Assembly: GCA_965222665.1 (NCBI GenBank)
Contig: CBDCUM010000007.1
Coordinates: 22,058 to 86,057, forward strand
Origin: Rhodobacterales bacterium
GTDB lineage: Bacteria; Pseudomonadota; Alphaproteobacteria; Rhodobacterales; CAZPXZ01
DNA length: 64,000 nt
Direction: 5' to 3'
This document shows, piece by piece, positions 56,209 to 64,000 of the stretch. The position numbers and the translations under genes are program-made. A model generated the notes under the pieces. The model saw only the letters and a list, made by a program, of their open reading frames with translations. It did not search any database and was not told where the DNA came from. Position 1 is the stretch's first letter; each line of letters starts with the position of its first letter.

Positions 56209-57506
56209 CAGAAATTCCGCAAGTACCGGCTGGTCTCGAGCGAGGTGACATGGTCGGCAAGCAAGTCCCGCTCCCGCCTTGCCTGGCCCGCCAGGATTTC
56301 AAGCCGCCACTCGCCGAGAACGTTGCGGAGGAATTCCGATTTCTCGGCCAGCGCAAGGGCGGCGTCGATGTCCGCAGGAAGGGGATCCGCATCCTCGCAC
56401 TGGTATGCGTCGCCATCGATGAAGTGCTTCGGCTCAGCCCCGCTCGCCATGCCGTCAAGCCCGGCAGCGAGATCGGCCGCAAGGAGATAGTAGGGATTGC
56501 AGTCGGCCGAGCCATCGCGCTTCTCGACCCGTGTCGCCGCAGGGGAGGAATCGATGATCCGGAGTCCGACTGTACGGTTGTCGCGCCCCCAGCACGTGTT
56601 CACCGGGCAAAAGGTGTAGGGTCTGCGGCGTTTGTACGCATTCGGCGTCGTCGAACCGGCAAGCGCGATTTCCGCCATGCGCAGCTGCAGGCCGCCAAGA
56701 AACGCCAGCCCGGATTTGGACAATCCGCCGTCCTCGCCTGCGAAGGCATTCCGCCCGTCCTTCCAAAGCGAGTAATGGGTATGGAATCCGTTTCCCGAAT
56801 CGTCCGAGAACGGCTTGGCCATGAATGTGGCGAGGTATCCGTGCTTGGCGGCGATCTCCCTCACAAACGACCGGAAAGCCACAACGCGATCCGCCGTACC
56901 CAGCGCCTCGCCGTAGCAGATGTTCACTTCCACCTGCCCGGCAGCGTATTCGGGATTGGATTGCTCAAGCGGGATCCCCACCATGGGCAACTGCCGGCGG
57001 ATCGGGCCAATCACGTGCTCCAACTCCGCGGCGCGGACAAGGCCGTAGAACTGGTTTCCCACGTCGATCGGGCGCCGTGTTTCCGGATCAAGGAGATAGA
57101 ACTCCAGTTCGGCACCGACAAGCACCCGGTATCCCTTCGCCTCCGCCCGAGCCACCTGGTCCTCGAGCGCGCCCCGCGGATCGATCGGAACCGGCTTGTG
57201 GTCCATCCCCTCCGCGCGTCCGAAACTGAACGCGCACCCTTCCTCCCACGGCACCGGATGGACCGGGCCGGATGGAATCAGGTGCATGTCCGGATACCCG
57301 TTCCCCATGTTGACGTAGGGCGTGTCCCACACGTCGCTGGTCATGTCGCAGGCGAATGTCGCGATGGAGAGGGCAATTCCCGACTCGCACACTTCGGCCC
57401 AGCGTTCCGCGGGAACGCGCTTGCCCCGCATCACTCCGTTCAAGTCGCCCAAGCCGATTGCCACCGTGTGCACGCCGTCAGGAAGCCCACGAACATCACC
57501 GGCCAT
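56208..57506 (-). CDS. glutamine synthetase-family ATP-dependent ligase (gamma-glutamyl-amine synthetase type, PuuA/GmaS/IpuC-like)
   Basis: ATG 57506 follows AAGGGGAGA. GAELEFYLL; SNPEYAAGQVEVNI; GNGFHTHYSLW; NAYKRRRP; WGRDNRTVGLRI; RVEKRDGSADCNPY. It lacks the adenylylation-loop context of GlnA. Confidence 0.8.
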   Translation of the reverse strand: MAGDVRGLPDGVHTVAIGLGDLNGVMRGKRVPAERWAEVCESGIALSIATFACDMTSDVWDTPYVNMGNGYPDMHLIPSGPVHPVPWEEGCAFSFGRAEGMDHKPVPIDPRGALEDQVARAEAKGYRVLVGAELEFYLLDPETRRPIDVGNQFYGLVRAAELEHVIGPIRRQLPMVGIPLEQSNPEYAAGQVEVNICYGEALGTADRVVAFRSFVREIAAKHGYLATFMAKPFSDDSGNGFHTHYSLWKDGRNAFAGEDGGLSKSGLAFLGGLQLRMAEIALAGSTTPNAYKRRRPYTFCPVNTCWGRDNRTVGLRIIDSSPAATRVEKRDGSADCNPYYLLAADLAAGLDGMASGAEPKHFIDGDAYQCEDADPLPADIDAALALAEKSEFLRNVLGEWRLEILAGQARRERDLLADHVTSLETSRYLRNF

Positions 57507-57560
57507 AATGCGCGTCTCCCCTTCGATTCGCCGCCGCCGGAGCGCATGGGCGATTTTTGA

Positions 57561-57573
57561 ATACTGTATACAA
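57561..57573. promoter_or_regulatory. candidate operator ATACTGTATACAA overlapping the putative promoter of the BMC operon
   Basis: AT-rich island 54 nt upstream of ATG 57506. In gene orientation it reads TTGCAA-16 nt-TACAGT. It is 12/13 identical to 59475-59487. Confidence 0.4.
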
Positions 57574-57722
57574 TTTGCCCTCTGTTGCAAGAGAGCCGTC
57601 CCGGGCCATTCGCCGCCAATCCGGATTGCACGCCCACATGGCACCCGTCGCTTTCCATGATGCAACGAATGGATGGCGATGCCATCCGATTGGATTCCGG
57701 GGGGACGCTCGCGTCGGGAATC

Positions 57723-57760
57723 TGCGAATCACCCCCCCCATAGGGGGGGGGGCGATTCGC
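57723..57760. repeat. 38-nt palindrome GCGAATCA-C9-ATA-G10-CGATTCGC
   Basis: Read directly from the sequence. The arms are complementary except for one mismatch and C9 versus G10. Confidence 0.9.
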
Positions 57761-58051
57761 GGCCGACTTTTCCCTGTCCCGCGAACGCCCGTGGCAGCGC
57801 GCGCGCCAATTCGGATTGCCGCGACACCGAATCCCACTGGCTTCCGTGAACGGAACACTCCGGCACGCTGTTCCCAGCCTGTTCGCAATTCATTCCGAAC
57901 ATGCTGCGAGATTGTTCACCGAACCTGATCGAACACGTAATTCGATCGTGTTTACAAGGAGTTGTGTTCGCTGATCGGAGCCGCGATGCTTGTCGGCGTT
58001 TATCCATCCAGGCGCCCGGCCGATCTCTGGCGCACAGCACTACAGGGCGCC

Positions 58052-59026
58052 ATGCGAGCAAGATCGAACCGGACCCCGACGGACAAGAGACCCGTCCACA
58101 ATCCGCATGACAAGTTCTTCCGGGCCCTGCTGGAAGATCCGGAACGTGCGAAGGACTTCCTTCTGTCGCATCTGCCTGCCGACATCCGAAAGTTGCTGAG
58201 CGATGCGTTGCCGGTTCTCGAGGATGGAATCCTGTTGGACGAGACTCTGCGCCACGAGTGCACCGATCTTCTGTTCCGCGTCGAACTCACCACAGGCGAG
58301 GCGGCCTTCCTGTTCATTCTTCTGGAGCACAAGTCACGGTCCGAGCCGCAGGCGCTTCTGCAGTTGGCCGGCTACATGGTCCAGATCTGGAAGCGCTATG
58401 CCCAGGGCTCGGCCGAGAGGCTGCGATCCCTGCCGCCGATCATTCCGATCATCCTGCACCACGGCGCATCCCGCTGGAGCGAACCCCTCACCCTGCTCGA
58501 CATGATCGACGCGTGCGAGGACCTGCGGCCGTGGATGCCCGATTTCTCCATCCTGCTGATTGATCTGGGCTGCATCCCCGAGGATCAACTCGCGCAGGGG
58601 CGCGAACTCCGGGCGGGCCTGATTGCAATGCGACTTGCATCGCTGGGCAATGCATCCAGGGAAGAACTGGCGGCCGTGCTGCAGCCGTTGCAACCGGGCG
58701 GCCGCTTGGAAGCGCAGACGCTTGCGTATATCGTAGACGCATTCCACATTGATGTTGCGGTGCTGCAAGCAGCTGTGCGCACAGCGAGGCCGGATCACTG
58801 GGAGATGCTGATGGAAACCATCGCCGAGACTTGGATCAAACAGGGGAAGGCCGAAGGAAAGGCGTCCACCCTAATTCGTCTACTGGGACGGCGCTTCGGC
58901 CCCCTGCCCGACTCCACCCGCGTCCAAATCGATGCCGCCTCCGAGAAGGAGCTGAACGATTGGATTGACGCAATTCTTGACGCACCGACGCTGGCAGCGG
59001 TCTTCCGGAATGGGAGTTCCCCTTGA
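58052..59026 (+). CDS. Rpn/YhgA-like PD-(D/E)XK recombination-promoting nuclease (putative transposase) with DUF4351-type C-terminus
   Basis: HNPHDKFFRALLEDPERAKDFL; CTDLLFRVEL..FLFILLEHKS; C-terminal GKAEGKASTLIRLLGRRFGPLP..ELNDWIDAILDAPTLAAVF. Confidence 0.8.
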   Translation: MRARSNRTPTDKRPVHNPHDKFFRALLEDPERAKDFLLSHLPADIRKLLSDALPVLEDGILLDETLRHECTDLLFRVELTTGEAAFLFILLEHKSRSEPQALLQLAGYMVQIWKRYAQGSAERLRSLPPIIPIILHHGASRWSEPLTLLDMIDACEDLRPWMPDFSILLIDLGCIPEDQLAQGRELRAGLIAMRLASLGNASREELAAVLQPLQPGGRLEAQTLAYIVDAFHIDVAVLQAAVRTARPDHWEMLMETIAETWIKQGKAEGKASTLIRLLGRRFGPLPDSTRVQIDAASEKELNDWIDAILDAPTLAAVFRNGSSP

Positions 59027-59474
59027 ATTGGACCGGCAGAATTCGCCCTTGACCGGACGCACACGGTCTCCGCTGCAATTGATTCTGGCTCGTTCTTGAT
59101 CTTGCTCTCCTTGCCGCTACTTGCCTCCGATTGGAGATTGGTGCGCCGGGGAGACTGTCCGATACATGACGGATGGTTTCGCAAGACCGGCTTCCTGCAA
59201 CTGCGAAGCGAATGAGTACTCGTCCGCCCTGTAGCGTATTGGAACGTCGATCATCGCGCCGTCGCGACCATCGCCACAGCCGGCGGGGCAGGAGCAAGCG
59301 AATGGCGATGCCGCACCGCCATTTTGCCCGCGAAAAGCATCCAGTCCGGTGAGGAAAATGTTCCCCGTGCGCGAGCGCCAGGAACGATGCGGCCGGGTTG
59401 CCCAAGTTTCCCGTGCCGCCAGCGGCGCGTTCCGCTACCGCTTGGCCAGGTTGAACTTTGCACGCAAGAATTGG

Positions 59475-59487
59475 ATACGGTATACAA
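59475..59487. promoter_or_regulatory. candidate operator ATACGGTATACAA upstream of the FAD oxidoreductase gene
   Basis: Lies 27 nt upstream of ATG 59515 and downstream of TTGAAC (59451-59456). It is 12/13 identical to 57561-57573. Confidence 0.4.
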
Positions 59488-59514
59488 ATTCTACTTTTTG
59501 GGGAGAATCGGAGC

Positions 59515-60570
59515 ATGGGCGACAGGCCGGAGGCCGTAGTTGCCGGAGGAGGCGTTGCCGGTGTGATGACCGCACTGAGCCTTCTCCGCAGGGGATGCCG
59601 GGTGACGCTGGTGGACCGTTGGGAAATCGGCCACAGCCGGGCAAGCTCTTCCGACTACACGCGAATCCTCCGCTCCATCCACGGCAGCGACGAGCTCTAC
59701 ACGCGCTGGGCGAGGGACGCCCGCCTCCGCTGGATGGAACTGCAGCAGGAGCTTGGCACAACGCTCTTTGTCGAATGCGGCGCGTTGATCCTTGCCGGAC
59801 GGAACAAGACCGGATGGGAGGATGCCACCCTTCCCGTGTTCGAACGGCTCGGTGTGCCCCACCTGCGCCTGGATGTGGACGAGATCCGGCTGCGATTCCC
59901 TCAATTCCAGCCCACCGGCGTGGAATACGGAATATTCGAGCCGGAGGCAGGTTTCGTCATGGCCAAGCGCGCCATCGTGCAAACTGCCGAACGATTCAGA
60001 CAGGAAGGCGGCCGCATCCGGTGCGGCCGTGTCGACACCGACCCTTCGGAACGCCCGCTGCTTGACGGCAAGCCAATCGAAGCGGACCTGGTCGTAGTGG
60101 CGGCCGGCCCCTGGCTGGGCAGCCTGTTCCCGCGAACGGTCCGGCCGATTTCGCGGGTAGTGCGTCAGGACATCATCTACACTTCGCCACCGGACAGCGT
60201 GACCGCGTATGGCGCGGAGGAAATGCCCTGCTGGGTCGATCACGGCTACGGTGCATACGGTACCCCTTCCGTGGAGGGATCCGGTGTGAAGGCAGCGATT
60301 GCCTGGGAGCAAACTGTCATTGATCTCGACAGGGACAACCGGGTCGTGCAAGCCTCCGCATTCCATCGCACGCGCCAGTACCTGCGCCACCGCCTGCCGG
60401 GCCTTGCCGAGCAGCGGGCAGTCGATCAGAAGGCCTGCCAGATCGCGATGACGCCAGACACGCACTTCATTATCGATTTCCATCCGGAGCACCGGAATGT
60501 GCTGATCGCGGGTGGATGCTCGGGGCACCTGTTCAAGCATGGCCCGGTCTTCGGCGATTTCGCCGCGGGT
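59515..60570 (+). CDS. FAD-dependent oxidoreductase (DAO family; sarcosine/glycine/opine oxidase-like), 3' end lost at a rearrangement junction
   Basis: ATG 59515 follows GGGGAGAA. VVAGGGVAGVMTALSLLRRGCRVTLVD dinucleotide fold; ..DLVVVAAGPWLGSLF..; ..LIAGGCSGHLFKHGPVFGDFAAG. After about 60570 the ORF is only the antisense of the Calx-beta gene. Confidence 0.7.
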
Positions 60571-60571
60571 G

Positions 60572-61965
60572 ACGGGATCGACCGTGACCCCCCGCTCATC
60601 GTTGTCCCGCACCGTGACCTCGACCTCATCGACCCGCACTCCGGCGTAGTCCGCGCCTCTCGCCGCATGGCCCACCGTCGCCGTGTCATTGACAGCGTCG
60701 TCGTCCGCCGCCGCCGAAACCGCCACCTCCTGTGCCGTGTCCCAGTTCGAGACCGTGAAAATCAGGCTCGCCGGCAAGACCGTCACATCGCGGTTGCCGG
60801 AGACCGAGGGACGCACCGTCACATCACCCGTCGGCTGCGTGTCCAGCACCAGCGTGTAGGTCCGGCTTCCCTCCTCGTCCACTATCATCGCCAGCAGCGA
60901 GGCCGTCACGCCCCGGTCGTCGTCATCGACCAGCAGAAGCGACGCCGGAACGACCTGGAGTCCCGTCACGGTCCCACCGACGGCAACCGTTTCGTTTCCC
61001 TCGTCGATGCTGTCGTCCACCGGCGCAAAACTGAAACTCCCCGTCGCGCTCGCATCTCCCTCCGGGATCGTCACCGTGAAGGGCTGGACCGCCGCGAAAT
61101 CCGTCACCGCCTGGGCCGTATTGCCCGTTACCGTCACCTGCACCTCGGTGGCGCTCGCGCGCGCCGCGCCGTCCAGCGCCGCCGTCACCGTCACGCTCGG
61201 CGAGCCCGCGTCCTCGGCCACCCGCGCGGTGCCGGTAATGCGCGGATCGCCGGTGGCCGGGGCGTTGTTCTCGCTCCCCTTGACGCGGATCTGGAAGGAG
61301 ATCCCGCCGGTGTCCAGGGTGCCCGAGAGCCGCAGGCCGTCTTCAATGGTCCAGCCGGATTCCCCGGTTTGCATCGCTGAACCGGTTACCTTGAGACACA
61401 CATCATCCACAGAATTGCCCGTGCCGACAAAGACGACATGGTAGTCGGTTTCCTTGACCAGGGCAGCGTTGGCGGGCGCCGTGAAGTCGACGATCACGCC
61501 GGTCGTTATCGCGGACCCGGGTGCCGTGGGAGGGCTGAGGGTGTGGAGCAGGGAGCCCGCCTCGCCGCTGTTCGATCCATGGACAAACAGGTTGAACGAT
61601 TCCGTGCCACTGAGACGGTTGGCTCCCAGCGTAATTCCGACAGCGGAAAGGGTGTATCCGCCCGGGTTGTCCCCCGTGCGGAATCCTTGTGTGAAAGTCG
61701 TCCCCGATGCATTCCCAACGAGAGCACAGTCCGTCAATGACGTCTGCCCGGTGTTGCTTACCAGCACGTCCTGCGCAAGCGCCGGGGCGCTGAATGCGCC
61801 CAGGACGGCAACGGCGAGCGCCGCTGTCAGCCGGACCCGCCCGGGCAAGGCCGCACCCGCAAACCGTCGAACCCAACGTCCCTGCCCGGCGTCCGCGAGC
61901 TCCTGTCCGAAGACAGCGTGCACGCAAGACATCTGCGGCACCGTTGCATTGCGTACAGCGAACAT
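60572..61965 (-). pseudogene. secreted Calx-beta-repeat protein, C-terminally truncated
   Basis: ATG 61965; signal peptide ..LTAALAVAVLGAFSAPALA. Repeated ..TATGSFSFAPVDDSIDEGNETV.., ..VSAAADDDAVNDTATV.. and VRDNDERGVTVDP (Calx-beta-like). Homology ends at about 60572, and the remaining ORF is antisense of the oxidoreductase. Confidence 0.65.
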
Positions 61966-62784
61966 AATTAATTCAACCTATCTATCATATTTATTTCATC
62001 TGCCGACACATGGATTGGAACATGATCCGGGGCGCCATGTCAAGCGACACGCAGTCTCCCGGATCTGCGATCAAATATCCCGTCGAGTGAAGCAGTTGCA
62101 AGACTCTGCGGGATCGGAATTCCGATCCCCGGCAAGGCACGGCTCGTGGAGCGACTGGTAACGTTTGCTGGTTGGTTGGGCCGCTTGTCTCGCCTTCCGA
62201 GAATACGGTGATACAGAATCCACTAATTGCTCATAGAGGGTTTCCTGTTGAAGACCTCTGTCGCAGCCGGTTTTCGGCTTCTTATGGATTTGATGAGGTC
62301 GGGAGCGTCCTCGAACTCGGGCCATGCCACTTTGACGCCGACACAGACACCCTCGACGACCGGGAAGACCCGGTTGGCGAGGTGATTGGATTTCAGTGAC
62401 TCGTGGTTCGACTTCGTTGTATTGATGGCTCGACGAGTGGCTCCGCCGGGTCCCCGCCATGTCCCGATTCGCGTCGCAACGCCGCGATTCGGTCCCCCGG
62501 GTGCTGCACGGGAACCCGGGGGTCGGCGCCTCAGCGTCCTTTTGCGCGTCATTTTTGGTACCGAACTCCGGAGATTTCTTCCCATGCCGGCAATTCCGCG
62601 TGTTCCCCGTTCGTTCGGCGTGCAACCGGAGGCCGTACCGGCAACGTTCACCGAACACCGCCTCCTCCCCCCCCCCGGCGGAATGGGGCCACTCCCGTGT
62701 TGCGCCGCCCGGATCGGGCCGCAAGGCTCGACGCGACCCGGGCGCCTTCCGCCGCCAGGGCATTCCCGATCGCAGCCAGGAGCC

Positions 62785-63777
62785 ATGCCGGCGATGCACC
62801 AGCCCGATGCAAGCGCACTCCGCGCCTTCACGCGCCACTGCCATGACGCATTCTTCCGTGCGATCCTCAGCGACAGCGAGCGCGCCAACGCGCTGATCCA
62901 CGCCCATTGGCCGAAGGCGATGCGCTGGATGCTGACGGGCGAGCCCGCACGCCCGATCGACCCGGCGCTGGTGCACGGCAACCTCGAGAAGCTCCGCGCG
63001 GACAAGGTGTACCTGGTTGGCGGAACCCTGGACAAGCCGAATGCGGTGGCCCCCATCGAGCACAAGTCGAGTTCGGACCCCGGCACGCCGGAACCGGTGA
63101 CCGCCGGCCTGCGCGGGCTGCAGGCGCAATACGCCGGGAAGGTCAAGCCCTGGGCCGTTCCGTTCGTCTTCAGCACGAGGGGGCTCTCGTGGAACATGCC
63201 CGGAGCCATGGACGAAACCGGAAGTGCGGCCGACATCCTGTAGCAGTTGAGCTGGGTCGATGGCTATTTCGCGCGGGTCACCCGGAGGATCCCCTACGAG
63301 GCGCTCTCGCCGGAGCCTGTATCCCGCGCCATGGTCGGCATGATGAACATCGCCTGTCGGACGCCGTACCCGGTGGATGAGCCGCGGCCGATCTGGAGCA
63401 CGGACCTGGCGGGCCGCCGGATCGACCCGGTGACGCTGGCCTACGTGCTCTCCTACGCGTTGGCGACATCCGCCATGGTGAAGGAGACGTTGCGCGACTT
63501 GGCGCTCGATGCCGGCCTGGAAGCCGGGGAGATCGACATGGACCTGATCACGCAACCGCTGATTCTGGAAGCCTTGGCCGAAGGCGAGGCCAGAGGGAAG
63601 ACTGAAGGAAAGGCGTCCACCCCAATGCGTCTACCGGGACGGCGCTTCGGCCCCCTGCCCGCCTCCACCCGCATCCAAGTCGATGCCGCCTCCGAAAGGG
63701 AGCTGGACGATTGGATTGACGCCATTCTTGACGCACCGACGCTGGCAGCGGTCTTCCGGAACGGGAATTCCCTTTGA
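62785..63777 (+). pseudogene. second Rpn/YhgA-like gene, interrupted by an in-frame TAG (63241-63243)
   Basis: HDAFFRAILSDSERANALI..; APIEHKSSSD; after the TAG the same frame continues to a DUF4351-type tail GKTEGKASTPMRLPGRRFGPLP..ELDDWIDAILDAPTLAAVF. Confidence 0.7.
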
Positions 63778-63789
63778 ATCGGACCGGCA

Positions 63790-63999
63790 GAGTTTGTCCT
63801 TGACCGGGCGCACATCGCCGGCGTCGCAGGCCAGGAAGGCGAGGACGCCGCACTGCCGTCGGCTTCGCCTGGAGACGTAGTGCTCCTGGATCAGGGCATC
63901 GTCGCCGTGACAGGGAATGGTGTGGAAGTCGAGGTCGAAGGATTCGCCTGCGCCGAGATCGACACCGAGGCTGCGGACGGCGGCGTGCCAGCGGTACAT
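63790..63999 (-). pseudogene. fragment of a DDE transposase (continues beyond the window edge, truncated at its 3' side)
   Basis: ..GESFDLDFHTIPCHGDDALIQEHYVSRRSRRQCGVLAFLACDAGDV resembles the D-x-H..Y.G....KHYV block of IS-A-type transposases. Confidence 0.45.
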
Positions 64000-64000
64000 C

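Noticed and set aside
57556-57580. LexA/SOS box, because of TACTGTATA
   Set aside because: Only one CTG half-site is present and the symmetric CAG is missing. As I recall, alphaproteobacterial LexA boxes have a different consensus (GTTC-N7-GTTC). The second copy reads ACGGTATAC.
59458-61965. Genuine 1.9-kb overlap of two large convergent genes
   Set aside because: Homology of each protein stops at the same point (about 60570). The overlapping parts are mutual antisense read-through, so I interpret this as a truncation junction.

Overview
This is 64 kb of high-GC bacterial DNA (by eye roughly 65% GC). Gene content and codon style look alphaproteobacterial. It is probably a plasmid or accessory island, because more than a third of it is mobile DNA.

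Ordinary genes:
- a DEAD-box helicase
- an acyl-CoA ligase
- a Urt/Fmd-like amide ABC importer plus amidase operon (10.8-19.7 kb), with the amidase split by an IS
- a flotillin
- a decayed tcuA
- a 2-hydroxyacid dehydrogenase
- glpK
- a GPP34-DUF898-M48 peptidase trio
- a TPR protein
- a second Liv-type ABC importer

Mobile or selfish DNA:
- an IS630 remnant
- a group II intron sitting inside a decayed large serine recombinase gene
- two Tn5-like IS whose transposases carry an N-terminal DUF4338 (DruA-like) domain
- an IS66-family element carrying a separate, translationally coupled DUF4338 gene
- an unclassified 2.5 kb IS present as two identical inverted copies; one is nested in a diverged relative and the other splits a BMC shell gene
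- a tnpB 3' remnant
- two Rpn/YhgA-like genes
- a transposase fragment at the window edge

Every complete IS has readable terminal inverted repeats and target-site duplications.

The stand-out is a tightly coupled minus-strand operon running from 57.5 to 48.2 kb, probably continuing into the ABC importer down to 43.4 kb. It encodes BMC-H, BMC-P and BMC-T microcompartment shell proteins. The enzyme set is one I cannot match to a named metabolosome type: a glutamine-synthetase-like ligase, an opine-dehydrogenase-like enzyme with an encapsulation-peptide-like N-terminus, a CoA-acylating aldehyde dehydrogenase, a malate dehydrogenase with a EutQ/EutT-like N-terminal module, and RidA. I found no phosphotransacylase and no known signature enzyme.

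All calls come from reading the ORF translations and the DNA. No database search was run, so family names rest on remembered motifs.
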